NCBI GenBank assembly: GCA_052327205.1
Contig: JBMRGM010000041.1
Location: forward strand, 47,554,001-47,618,000
Length of the DNA: 64,000 nt
Source: Somniosus microcephalus
Lineage: Eukaryota
Direction: 5' to 3'
Part shown: in pieces, positions 34,901 through 49,900 of the stretch
Layout: each line of letters begins with the position of its first letter
Numbering within the stretch: the stretch's first letter is position 1
Position numbers and translations under genes: made by a program
The notes under the pieces: model-generated
Database searches by the model: none
What the model was told of the DNA's origin: nothing
What the model saw: only the letters and a program-made list of their open reading frames with translations

Positions 34901-37900
34901 GATCTCACTGGGCCCATCCTCCACGCGTTAAACACTGTCTGATCTCAAGGGGCCCATCCACCCCGGGTTACACACCGTCTGATCTCACATGGCACATCCT
35001 CCCTGGCTTACACACTGTCTGATCTCACTGGGCCCATCCTCCACGGGTTACTCACTGTCTGGTCTCACTGGGCCCATCCTCCCCGCTTTACACAGTCCGA
35101 TCTCACTGGGCCCATTCTCCCGGGTTACACACAGTCTGATCTCACTGGGCCCATCCTCCCCGGGTTAAACACTGTCTGATCTCCCTGGGCCCATCCTCCC
35201 CGGTTTACACAGTCCGATCTCACTGGGCCCATGCTTACCGGGTTAAACTGTATCATCTCAGAGGGCCCTTCCTCCCCGGGTTGCACACTGCCTGATCTCA
35301 CTGCGCCCATCCACCACGTTTTAAACACACTCTGACGGATCTCACTGGACCCATCCTCCCAGGGATACACACTGTTTGATTTCACTGGTCCTCTCCTCCC
35401 GGGGTTGCACACTGTCTGGTCATACTGGGCCCATCATCCCCGGGTTACACTGCGTCTGATCTCATTGGGCCCATCAACCCCGGGCTATACACTGCCTGAT
35501 CACATTGGGCCCATCCTCCACGGGTTACACACTGTCTGATCTCACTGTGTCCATCCTCCCCGGGTTACACACTGTCTGATCTCACTGGGCCCATGGTCCG
35601 GGGTTTACACACTGTCTGATATCACTGGGCCTATCGTCCCCGTTTTAGACACAGTCTGATCTCACTGGGCCGATCCTCGGGCCCATCCTCCCCGGGTTAC
35701 ACACTGTCTGATCTCACTGGGCACATCCTCCCTGGTTTACACACTGACTGATCTCACTGGGCCATCGACCCCGGTTTATTCATGGTCTGACTTCAATGGG
35801 CCCATCCTCCTCGGGTTACACACTGTCTGAACTCACTGTGCCCATGCTCACCAGGTTAAACACGGTCTGATCTCACTGGGCCCATTCTCCACGGAAAATA
35901 CACTATCTGATCTCATTGGGCCCATCTTCCACGGTTTACACACTGTCTGATCTCACAGGGCCCCTCCTCCCCGGTTAGCACAATGTCTGATCTCACTGGG
36001 CCCATTCTGCCCGGGTTATACACTGTCTGATCTCATTGGGCCCATCCTCCACGAGTTACACACTGTCTGATCTCATTGGGCCCATCCACCCATGGTTAAA
36101 CACTGTCAGAATTCATTGGGCTCATCCTCCCCGGGTTACACACTGTCTGATCTCACTGGGCCCATGGTGCGGGGTTTACACACTGTCGCCTATCGTCCCC
36201 GTTTTAGACACAGTCTGATCTCACTGAGCCCATCCTCCCCGGGTTACATACTGTCTGATCTCACTGGGCACATCCTCCCTGGTTTACACACTGTCTGATC
36301 TCACTGGGCCATCGACCCCGGTTTATTCATGGTCTGATTTCAATGGGCCCATCCTCCTCGGGTTACACACTCTCTGATCTCACTGTGACCATGCTCACCA
36401 GGTTAAACACTGTCTGATCTCACTGGGCCCATCCTCCACGGAAAATACACTGTCTGATCTCATTGGGCCCATCTTCCACAGTTTTCACACTGTCTGATCT
36501 CACTGGGCCCCTCCTCCCCGGGTAGCACACTGTCTGATCTCACTGGGCCCATTCTCCCCGGGTTATACACTGTCTGATCTCATTGGGCCCATCCTCCACG
36601 AGTTACACACTGTCTGATCTCATTGGGCCCATCCACCCATGTTTAAACACTGTCAGATTTCATTGGGCTCATCCTCCCCGGGTTCCACACTGTCTGATCT
36701 CACTGGGGCCATCCTTCCTGGGTTAGACAACGTCTGATCTCACTGGGCCCATCGACCCCGAATTACTCACTGTCTGTTTTCACTGGAATCTCCCTCCCCC
36801 GAGATAAACACTGTCTGATATCAGTGAGCCTGTCCTCACCGTGTTACATGCTGTCTGATCTCACTGGGTCCATTCACCACGGGTTGCGCACTGTCTGATC
36901 TCTCTGGGCCCATCAACCCTGGGTTATGCACTGTCTGATCGTATTCGGCCCATCCTCCCCGGGTTACACACAGTCTGATCTCACTGGGTCCATCCTCCCC
37001 GGGTTACCCACTGCCTGATCTCACTGGGCCCATGTTCCCGGGATTACAAACTATCTGATCACACTGGGCCTATCCTCCTCGGGTAACAAACTGTCTGATC
37101 TCACTGGGCCCATCCTCCCCGTGTTACACACTATCTGATCTTACTGGGCCAATCCTCCTCGGGTTACACACGGTCTGATCTCATAGGGCCCATCCTCCCC
37201 GGGTTACACACTATCTGATTTCACTGGGCCCGTCATCACCGGATCTCACACCGTCTGATCTCACTGGGGCCATCTTCCCCGGGCGACACACTGTCTGATC
37301 ACACTGCGCCCATCCTCCCCGGGTTAAACACTGCCTGATCTCACTGGGCCCATGCTCCCTTGGTTATACACTGTCTCAACTCGCTGGCCCACCCTCCCCG
37401 ACTTACAAACTGTCTCAAATCACTGGGCCGATCCTCCCCGGGTTAAGCACTGGCTCATCTCACCGGGCCGATCCCCTCCGGGTTACACACTATCTGATTT
37501 CACTTGGCCCGTCATCCCCGGATCTCACACTGTCTGATCTCACTGGGGCCATCTTCCCCAGGCTACACACTGTCTGATCACACTGCGCCCATCCTCCCCG
37601 GGTTAAACACTACCTGATCTCACTGGGCCCATGCTCCCTGGGTTATACAAAGTCTGAACTCACTGGGCCCATCCTCCCTGGGTTACACACTGTCTGATCT
37701 CACTGAGCCCATCTGCCCCTGTTTACACGCTGTCTGATCTCACTGGCCCCATCCTCCCCGGATGACACACTGTCTGACCTCACTGGGCTCATCCTCCCGG
37801 GTTACACAATGTCTGATCTCATGGCCCATAAACCACGGGTTACCCACTCTCTGATCGCACTGGGCCCATCCTCACCGGGTGACTCACTGTCTGATCTCGC

Positions 37901-40900
37901 TGGGCCCATCCTCCCAGGTTACACATTGTCTGATCTCACTGCGCCCATCCTCGCGGGTTTCACAATATCAGATCTCACTGGGCCCATCCTCCCCGGGTTA
38001 CATACAGACTGATCGCACTGGGCCCATCCTCCACGGTTACACTGTGTCTGATATCACTGCGCCCATCCTCCCCGTGTTAAACACTGCCTGATCTCACTAG
38101 GACCATCCTCCTCGGTTTACACTGTCTCTGATCTCCATGTGCATATCCTCCCTGGGTTACACACTGTCTGATGTCATTCGGCAATTCCTCCTTGTGTTAC
38201 ACACAGTCTGATCTCACTGGACACATCCTCACCGGGTTACACACTGTCTGATCTCACTGGACCCATCCTCCACAGATTACGCACTGACTGATCTCACTTG
38301 GCCCATTCTCCCGGGGTTACGCACAGTTTGATCTCACATGTTACACACTTTCTGATCTCACTGGGCCCATCCTCCACTGGTTACACACTGACTGATCTCA
38401 CTGGGTCCATCCTTCCCGCGTTACGCACTGCCTGATCTCACTGGGCCCATGTTCCCGTGGTTACACACTATCTCATCACACTGGGCACATCCTCCTCGGG
38501 TTACACACAGTCTGATCTCACCGGGCCCATCCTCCCCGTGTTACACACTCTCTGATCTTACTGGGCCCATCCTCCACGGGTCACACACTGTCTGGTCGCA
38601 CTGGGCCCATCCTCCCCGGGTTACACACTGTCTGGTCTCACTGGGCCCATGCTCCCCGGGTTACACACTGTCTGTTCTCACTGAGCTCATCCTCCCCGGA
38701 TTACACACTGGTTGATCTCACCGGTCCCATCCTCCCCGGGTTACACTCTATCTGATTTCACTGGACCCGTCATCCCCGGATCTCACAAAGTCAGATCTCA
38801 CTGGGGCCATCTGCCCCGGGCTACACACTGTCTGATCACACTGCGTCCACCCTCCCCGGGTTAAAAACTGCCAGGTCTCACTGGGCCAATGCTCCCTGTG
38901 TTACACACAGTCTGATCTCACTGGACACATCCTCACCGGGTTACACACTGTCTGATCTCACTGGACACATCCTCCACAGATTCCGCACTGACTGATCTCA
39001 CTTGGCCCATTCTCCCGGGGTTACACACTGTCTGATCTCACTGGAAATGTTCTCCCCATGTTACACGCTCTTTGATCTCACTGGGCCCATCCTCCACAGA
39101 TTCCGCACTGACTGATCTCACTTGGCCCATCCTCCCTGGGTTACACACTGTCTGATCTCACTGGGCCCATCCTCCCCGGAACTCTCACTGTCTGATCTCA
39201 CTGGGCCCATCCTCCCCGGGTTACACACTGTCTGAACTCCCTGAGCCCATCATCCCCGGGTTTCACACTGTCTGTTCGCACTGGGCCCATCCTCCCCGGG
39301 TTCCACACTGTCTGATCTCCTTGGGCCCATCCTCCCCGGGTTACACCCTGTCTGATCTCACTTTGCCCATCCACCCCGGGTTACACACTCTCTGATCTCA
39401 CTGGGCCCATCCTCCCCGGGTTACACACTGCGTCGTCTCACTGGGCCGATCATCCACGGGTTACACACTGTCTAATCTCACTGGTCCCATCCGCCCCTGC
39501 TTACACGCTGTCTGATTTCACTGGGCCCATTCTCACCGTCTCACACAGTGCATGATCTCATTGGGCCATTCCGCCATGGTTTTCAGACTTTCTGATCTCA
39601 CTGGGCCCATCCTCCCCGAGTTACACACTGTCTGATCTCACTTAGCCCATCATCCCGGTTTACACAATATCTGGTCTTACTGGGCCCATCCTCCCCGGGT
39701 TACACACTGTCTGATCTCACTGGGCCCATCCTCTACGGGTTACACACTGTATGATCTCACTGGACCATCCTCCACGGGTTACACACAGTCTGAAATCACA
39801 GGGCAAATCCTCCCCTGGTTACACACTGTCTCACCTCACTGGACCCATCCTCCCTGGTTTAAACACTGTCTGATCTCACTGGGCCTACCCTCCACGGGTT
39901 ACACACTGTCAGATCTCACTGTGCCCATCCTCTGCGGACTGCACACTGTCTGATCTCACTGGGCCCATCCTCTCCGGGATACACACTGTCTGACCTCACT
40001 GGCCCATCCTCCCCGAGTAACTCACTGTCTAATCTCACTGGGCCCATCCACCCTGGGTTACACACTTTGTGATCTCACTGGGCCATCCTTCAAGGGTTAC
40101 ATATTCTTTGATCTCACTGGGCCCATCCTCCTCGGGTTACGCACTGTGTGAACACAGTGGGCCCATTCTGTATGGGTTACACACTGTCTGATCTAACTGG
40201 GCCCTTCCTCCCCAGGATACACAGTGTCTGATCTCACGGGGCCAATCCTCCCCGGGTTACACACACTGATATCACTGGGCCCATCCTCCCTGGGTTACAC
40301 ACAGTTTGATCTCACATGGCACATCCTCCCTGTGTTACACACTTTCTGATCTCACTGGGCCCACCTCCACTGGTTACACACTGACTGATCTCACTGGGTC
40401 CATCCTCCCCACGTTAATCACTGCCTGATCTCACTGGGCCCATGTTCCCGTGGTTACACACTATCTCATCACACTGGGCACATCCTCCTCGGGTTACACA
40501 CAGTCTGATCTCACTGGGCCCATCCTCCCCGTGTTACACACTGTCTGATCTTACTGGGCCCATCCTCCACGGGTTACACACTGTCTGAACGCACTGAGCC
40601 CATTCTCCCCGGGTTACACACGGTCTGGTCTCACTGGACCCATGCTCCCCGGGTTACACACTGTCTGATCTCACTGAGCTCATCCTCCCCGGATTACACA
40701 CTGGCTGATCTCAACGGGCCCATCCTCCCCGGGTTACACACTATCTGATTTCACTGGACCCGTCATCCCCGGATCTCACAACGTCTGATCTCACTGCGTC
40801 CATCCTCCCCGGGTTAAAAACTGCCAGATCTCACTGGGCCAATGCTCCCTGGGTTACACACTATCTGATCACACTGGGCCCATCCTCCCCTGGTTACACA

Positions 40901-43900
40901 CTGTCTGATCTCACTGGGCTCATCCTCCCCGGATTACAAACTGTCGGAACTCACTTGACACATTCTCCCCGGTTTACACACTGTTTATCTCACTGGTTCC
41001 CCCCTCACCCGGTTACACACTGGCTGATCTCATTGGGCCCATCCTCCCAGGGTTACACATTGTCTGATCTCACTGTGCCCATCCACCCCGGGTTACACAC
41101 TGTCTGATATCACTGGGCCCATCCTCCCCGGGTTACACACTGTGTCGTATCACTGGGCCGATCCTCCCCGGGTTACACACTGTCTGATCTCACTGGGCCC
41201 ATCCTCCCCGGGTTACAGACTGTGTCGTCTCACAGGGCCGATCATCCACGGGTTACACACTGTCTGATCTCACTGGTCCCATCCGCCCATGCTTACACGC
41301 TGTATGATCTCACTGGGCCCATTCTCAACATCTCACACATTGCCTGATCTCATTGGGCCCATCCTCCACAGGATAAACAATGTGATCTCACTGCGCCCAT
41401 CCTCCCCAGTTTACTCGCTGTCAGATCTCACTTGGCCCATCCTCCCCGGGTTGCACACTGCCTGAACTCACTGGGACCATCCTCCCCGGGTTACGCACTG
41501 TCTGATCTCACTTGCCCATCCTCCCCGGGTTACACACTGTCTGATCTCACTGGGCCCATCCTCTACGGGTTACACACTGTATGATCTCACTGGACCAACC
41601 TCCACGGTTTACACACTCTTTGATCTCAAAGGGCCCATCCTCCCCGGGTTACACACTGTCTCACCTCACTGGGCCCATCCTCCCTGGGTTACACACTGAC
41701 TGATCTCACTGGGCCCACCCTCCACGGGTTACACACTGTCTGATCTCACTGTGCCCATCCTCCACGGACTGCACACTGTCTGATCTCACTTGGCCCATCC
41801 TCACCGGGTTACACACTGTCTGATCTCACTGAGCCCATCCTCCCTGGGTTACACATTTTATGATCTCACTGTGCCATCCTCAAAGGGTTACACACTCTTT
41901 GATCTCACTGGGCCGATCCTCCTCCGGTTACGCACTGTGTGAACTAAGTGGGCGCATCCTCCCTGGGTTGCACACTGTATGATCTCACTGGGCCCACCTC
42001 CACGGGTTACACACTGTCTGATCTCACAGGGCCCATCCTCCACGGGTTGCACACTGTCTGATCTCACTGGGCCCATCCTCCCTGGGTAACACACAGTTTG
42101 ATCTCACATGGCACATCCTCCCTTGGTTACACACTGCCTGATCTCACTGGGCCCAGCCTCCACGGGTTACACTCTGTCTGATCTCACTGGATCCATCCTC
42201 CCCGGGTTACGCACTGCCTGATCTCACTGAGCCTATGTTCCCGTGGTTACACACTATCTCATTACACTGGGCCCAGCCTCCTCGGGCTACACACTGTCTG
42301 ATCACACTGGGCCCATCCTCCCCGTCTTACACACTGCCTGATCTTACTGGGCCCATCCTGCACGGGTTGCACACTGTCTGATCGCACTGGGCCCATCCTT
42401 CCCGGGTTACACACGGTCTGATCTCACTGGGCCCATCCCCCCTGGGTTACACACAGTTTGATCTCACATGGCACATGTTCTCTGGGTTACACACTGTCTG
42501 TTCTCACTGGGCCCATCCTCCACGGGTTACGCACAGCCTGATCTCACTGGGCCCATGTTGCCGGAGTTACACACTATATCATTACACTGGGCCCATCATC
42601 CTCGGGATACAAACTGTCTGAACACACGGGGCCCATCCTCCCCGGGTTACACACTGTCTGATCTTACTGGGCCCATCCTCCACGGGCTACACACTGTCTG
42701 ATCGCACTGGGCCCATCCTCCCCGGGGTACACACTGTCTGATCTCACTGGGCTCATTCTCCCCGGATTACACTCTGACTGATCTCACCGTGCCCATCCTC
42801 CCAGGGTTACACAGTATCTGATGTTACTGGGCCCGTCATCCCCGGATCTCGCACCGTCTGATCTCACTGGTGCTATCTTCCTCGGAGTACACAATGTCTG
42901 TTCACACTGCGCCATCCTCCGCGGGTTAAATACTGCCTGATCTCACTGGGCCCATGCTCCCTTGGTTACACACTGTCTGAAATCACTGGGCCGATCCTCC
43001 CCGGGTTACACACTGGCTGATCTCACTGGGCCATCTTCCCCGGGCTACACACTGTCTGAGTACACTGCGATACAAACTGTCTGATCACACTGGGCCCGTC
43101 CTCCCCAGGTTAAACACTGTCTGATCTCAGTGCACTGAACCTCCACGGGTTACACACTGTCTGATCTCACTGAGCCCATCGGCCCCTGTTTACACGCTGT
43201 CTGATCTCACTAGCCCCACATTCACTGGGTGACTCACTGTATGAGCTTACTGGGCTCATCCTCCCCGGGTTACACAATGTCTGACCTCATGGGCCCATCC
43301 TCCCCGGGTTGCCCACTCTCTGATCGCAGTGGGCCCATCCTCACTGGTTGACTCACTGTCTGATGTCACTGGGCCCATCCTCCCCGTGTTACACACTGTC
43401 TGACCTTACTGGGCCCATCCACCCCGGATAACACACTGGCTGATCACACTGCGCCCATCCTACCCGGATTAAACACTGCCTGATCTCAGTGGGCCCATGC
43501 TACCTGGGTTACACACTGTCTGAACTCACTGGGCCCATCCTCCCCGGGTTACACACTGGCTGATCTCACTGGGGCCATCTTCCTCGGGGTATATACTGTC
43601 TCATCACACTGCGCCATCCTCCCCGAGTTAAATACTGCCTGATCTCACTGGGTCCATGCTCCCTTGGTTATAAACTGTCTGAAATCACTGGGCCGATCCT
43701 CCCCGGGTTACACACTGGCTGATCTCACCGGGCCATCTTACCCGGGCTACACACTGTGTGAATACACTGCGTTACACACTGTCTGATCTAACTGGGGCCG
43801 TCCTCCATAGGTTAAACACAGTCTGATCTCAGTGCGCTGAACCTCCACGGGTTACACAATGCCTGATCTCGCTGAGCCCATCGGCCCCTGTTTACACGCT

Positions 43901-46900
43901 GTCTGATCTCACTGGCCCCACATTCCCTGGGTGACTCACTGTATGAGCTCACTGGGCTCATCCTCCCTGGGTTACACAATGTCTGATCTCATGGGCCCAT
44001 CCTCCCCGGATTACCCACTCTCTGATCGCAGTGGGGCCAACCTCAACGGGTGACTCACTGTCTGATCTCACTGGACCGATCCTCCACGTGTTACACACTG
44101 TCTGATCTGACTGGGCCCATCCTCCACGGGTTACACACTGTCTGATCGCACTGGGCCCATCCTCCCCGCGTTACACACTGTCTGATCTCACTGGGCTCAT
44201 CCTCCCCGGATAACACACTGGCTGATCTCACCGGGCCCACCCTCCCCTGGTTACACACTATCTGATTTGACTGGGCCCGTCATCCCTGGATCTCACACCG
44301 TCTAATCTCACTGGGGCCATCATCCGCGGGCTACACACTGTCTGATCACACTGCGCCCATCCTACCCGGATTAAACACTGCCTGATCTCACTGGGCCCAT
44401 GCTCCCTGCGTTACACACTGTCTGAACTCACTGGGCCCATCCTCCCCGGTGACAAACCGTCTAAAATTACTGGGCCGATCCTCCCCGGGTTACACACTGG
44501 CTGATCTCACCGGGCCGATCCTCCCTGGGTTAAACACTGGCTGAGCACACTGGGCCCGTCATCCCCGGATCTCACACCATCTGATCTCACTGGGTCCATC
44601 TTCCGCGGGCGACACACTGTCTGATTACACTGCGCCCATCCTCCCTGGGCAAAACACTGCCTGATCTCACTGGGCCCATCCTCCCTGGATTACAGACTGT
44701 CTGACCACACTGGGACCATCCTCCCCGGGTTAAACACTGTCTGATCTCAATGCGCCGAACCGCCACGGGTTACACACTGTCTGATCTCACTGAGCCCATC
44801 TGCCCCTGTTTACACGCTGACTGATCTCACTGGCCCCAATCTCCCCGGGTGACTCACTGTATGACCTCACTGGGCCGATCCTCAACGGGTGACTCACTGT
44901 CTGACATCACTGGGCCCATCCTCCCAGGTTACACAATGTCTGATCTCATGGGCCCATCCTCCCCGGGTTACTCACTCTCTGATCGCACTGAGCCCATCCT
45001 CACCGGGTGACTCAATGTCTGACCTCACTGGGCCCATCCTCCCAGGTTAAACATTGTCTGATCTCACTGGGCCCAGCCTGCCCGTGTTACACACTGTCTG
45101 ATCTCACTGGGCCCATCCTCGCCGGTTTATACACTGTCTGATCTCACTGTGCCCATCCTCCCCGGGTTTCACAATATCAGATCTCACTGGGCCCATCCTC
45201 ACCGGGTTACATACAGACTGATAGCACTGGACCCATCCTCCCCGGTTACACAATGCCTGACCTCAATGGGCACATCCTCCCCTGGTTACACACTGTCTGA
45301 TATTATTGATCCCATCCTCCCTGGGTTACTCAGTGTCTGATCTCACTGGGCCCATCCTCCCCGGGTTAAACACTGCCTGATCTCACTAGGCCCATCCTCC
45401 TCGGGTTACACTCTGTCTGATCTCCATGGGCATATCCTCCCTGGGATACACACTGTCTGATCTCAATTGGCACATCCTCCCCAGGTTACACACTGTCTGA
45501 TCTCATTGGACCCATCCTCCACAGATTATGCACTGACTGAACTCACTTGTGCCATACTCCCCGGGTTACACACTGTCTGATCTCACTGCAATCATTCTCC
45601 TCGTGTTACACATTCTTTGATCTCACTGGGTCCATCCTCCCCGGGTTACAGACTGTCTGAAATCCCTGAGCCCATCCTCCCCGGGTTACACACTGTCTGA
45701 TCGCACTGGGCCCATCCTCCCCGTGTTGTACACTGCCTGATCTCACTGGGCCCATGCTCCCTGGGTTACACACTGTCTGATCACACTGGGCCCATCCTCT
45801 CGCGGATACACACTGTCTAATCACACTGGGCCCATCCTCCCGGGGATGCACACTGTCTGATCACACTTGGCCCAACCTTCCCGGGTTACACCCTGTCTGA
45901 TCTCACTGGACACATCCTCACCGGGTTACACACTGTTTATCTCACTGGTTCCACCCTCCCCCGGTTACACACTGTCTGATCTCATTGGGCCCATCATCCC
46001 CGGGCTACACACTGTCTGATCACAATGCGCCCATCCTACGAGGATTAAGCACTGCCTGATCTCACTGGGCCAATGCTCCCTGGGGTACACACTGTCTGAA
46101 ATCACTGCGTCCATCCCCCCCGGGTTACAAACTGGCTTAAATCACTGGGCCGATCCTCCCTGGGTTACACACTGGCTGATCTCACCGGGTTGATCCTCCC
46201 TGGGTTACACACTGGCTGAGCACACTGGGCCCGTCATCCCCGGATCTCACACCGTCTGATCTCACTGGGTTCATCTTCCCCGGGTGAGACACTGTCTGAT
46301 TACACTGCGCCCATCCTCCCCGGGCTAAACACTGCCTGATCTCACTGTGCCCATGTTCCCTGGGTTACACACTCTCTGAACTCACTGGGCCCATCCTCCC
46401 TGGGTTACAGATTGTCTGATCACACTGGGCCCATCCTCCCCGGGTTAAGCACTGTCTGATCTCAGTGCGCCGAACCTTCACGGGTTAAACACTGTCTGAT
46501 CTCACTGAGCCCATCTGCCCCTGTTTACATGCTGTCTGATCTCACTGGCCCCAATCTCCCCGAGTGACTCACTGTATGATCTCACTGGGCCGATCCTCAA
46601 CGGGTGACTCACTGTCTGACCTCACTGGGCCCATCATCCCAGGTTACACAATGTCTGATCTCATGGGCCCATCCTCACCGGGATACTCGCTCTCTGATCG
46701 CACTGAGCCCATCCTCACCGGGTGACTCAATGTCTGTCCTCACTGGGCCCATCCTCCCAGGTTACACATTGTCTGATCTCACTGGGCCCAGCCTCCCCGT
46801 GTTACACACTGTCTGATCTCACTGGGCCCATCCTCGCCGATTTATACACTGTCTGATCTCACTGCGCCCATCCTCCCCGGGTTTCACAATATCAGATCTC

Positions 46901-49900
46901 ACTGTGCCCATCCTCACCGGGTTACATACAGACTGATAGCACTGGACCCATCCTCCCCGGTTACACAATGTCTGATCTCAATGGGCACATCCTCCACTGG
47001 TTACACACTGTCTGATATTATTGGGCCCATTCTCCCTGGGTTAAACAGTGTCTGATCTCACTGGGCCCATCCTCCCCGGGTTAAACACTGCCTGATCTCA
47101 CTAGGCCCATCCTCCTCGGGTTGCACTCTGTCTGATCTCCATGGGCATATCCTCCACAGATTACGCACTGACTGATCTCACTTGGGCCAAACTCCCCGGG
47201 TTACACACTGTCTGATCTCACTGCAACCATTCTCCTCGTGTTACACATTCTTTGATCTCACTGGGCACATCCTCCCCGGGTTACGCACTGTCTGATTTCA
47301 CTGGGCACATTCTCCCTGGGTTAAACACTGTCTGATTTCACTGGGCCCGTCCTCCCGGGTTACACACTGTCTGAAATCCCTGAGCTCATCCTCCCCGGGT
47401 TACACACTGTCTGTTCGCACTGGGCCCATCCTCCCTGTGTTGTACACTGCCTGATATCTCTGGGCCCATGCTCCCTGGGTTACACACTGTCTGATCACAC
47501 TGGGCCCATCCTCTCGGGGATAAACACTGTCTAATCACACTGGGCCCATCCTCCCGGGGATGCACACTGTCTGATCACACTGGGCCCATCCTCCCCGGAT
47601 TACACACTGTCTGATCTCACTTGGCCCATCCTCCCCGGGTTACACCCTGTCTGATCTCACTGGACACATCCTCACCGGGTTACACACTGTTATATCTCAC
47701 TGGTTCCACCCTCCCCCGGTTACAAACTGTCTGATCTCATTGGGCCCATCCTCCCCGGGATACATACTATCGGATCTCACTCGGCCCATCCACCCCGGGT
47801 TACACACTGTCTGATCTCAGTGGGCCCATCCTCCCTGGGTTACACAATGTTTCGTCTCACTGGGCCGATCAGCCACGGGTTACACACTGTCTGATCTCAC
47901 TGGTCCATTCCGCCCCTGCTTACACGCTGTCTGCTCTCACTGGGCCCATTCTCCCCGTCTCACACACTGCCTGATCTCATTGGGCCATTCCGCCACGGTT
48001 TACAGGCGTTCTGATCTCACTGGGCCCATCCTCCCCGAGTTACAGACTGTCTGATATCACTGGCCCATCCTCCCAGTGTTACACACAGTCTGATCTCACT
48101 GGACACATCTCCCCGGGTTTCACACTGTCTGATCTCATTGGACCCATCCTCCACAGGTTACACAGTCTGATCTCACAGCGCCCATCCTCCCCAGTTTACT
48201 CACTCTCAGATCTCAATTGGACCATCCTCCCCGGGTGACACAGAGCCTGAACTCACTGGGACCATCCTCCCCGTGTTACGCACTGTCTGATCTCACTTGG
48301 CCCATCCTCCACGGGTTACACAATGTCTAATCTCACTGGGCCCATCCTCTACGGGTTACACACTGTATGATCTCACTGGACCATCCTCCACCGGTTACAC
48401 AATCTTTAATCTCACAGAGCCCATCTTCCACGGGTTACACACTGTCCCACCTCACTGGACCCATCCTCCCTAGGTTACACACTGTCTGTTTTCGCTAGGC
48501 CCACCCACCACGTGTTACGCACTGTCAGATCTCACTGTGCCCATCCTCCACGGACTGCACACTGTCTGATCACACTGGGCCCATCCTCCCCGGGTTACAC
48601 ACTGTCTGAATTCATTGGGCCCATCCTCCCAGGGTAACACACTCTCTGATCTCACTGGGCCCATCCACCCTGCGTTATATACTTTATGAGCTCACTGGGC
48701 CATCCTCCAAGTGTTACACACTCATTGATCTCACTGGGCTCATCCTCCTCGGGTTACACACTGTGTGACCTCAGTGGGCCCATCCTCCCCGGGTTAAACA
48801 CTCTGATCTCACTGGGCTCATCCTCCCTGGTTTTCACAAAGTTTGATCTCACATGGCACATCCTCCCTGGGTTACACACTGTCTGATCTCACTGGGCCCA
48901 TCCTCCACGGGTTACACACTGTCTGATCTCACTGGACACATCCTCACCGGGTTACACACTGTCTGATCTCACTGGACCCAGACTCCACAGATTACGCACT
49001 GACTGATCTCACTTGGCCCATTCTCCCGGGGTTACACACAGTTTGATCTCACATGTTACACACTTTCTGATCTCACTGGGCCCATCCTTCCCGCGTTACG
49101 CACTGCCTGATCTCACTGGGCCCATGTTCCCGTGGTTACACACTATCTCATCACACTGGGCACATCCTCCTCGGGTTACACACAGTCTGATCTCACTGGG
49201 CCCATCCTCCCCGTGTTACACACTGTCTGATCTTACTGGGCCCATCCTCCACGGATTACACACTGTCTGGTCGCACTGGGCCCATCCTCCCCGGGTTACA
49301 CACTGTCTGGTCTCACTGGGCCCATGCTCCCCGGGTTACACACTGTCTGTTCTCACTGAGCTCATCCTCCCCGGATTACACACTGGTTGATCTCACCGGT
49401 ACCATCCTCCCCGGGTTACACTCTATCTGATTTCACTGGACCCGTCATCCCCGGATCTCACAAAGTCAGATCTCACTGGGGCCATCTGCCCCGGGCTACA
49501 CACTGTCTGATCACACTGCGTCCACCCTCCCCGGGTTAAAAACTGCCAGGTCTCACAGGGCCAATGCTCCCTGTGTTACACACAGTCTGATCTCACTGGA
49601 CACATCCTCACCGGGTTACACACTGTCTGATCTCACTGGACCCATCCTCCACAGATTCCGCACTGACTGATCTCACTTGGCCCATTCTCCCGGGGTTACA
49701 CACTGTCTGATCTCACTGGAAATGTTCCCCCATGTTACACGCTCTTTGATCTCACTGGGCCCATCCTCCACAGATTCCACACTGACTGATCTCACTTGGC
49801 CCATCCTCCCTGGGTTACACACTGTCTGATCTCACTGGGCCCATCCTCCCCAGAACTCTCACTGTCTGATCTCACTGGGCCCATCCTCCCCGGGTTACAC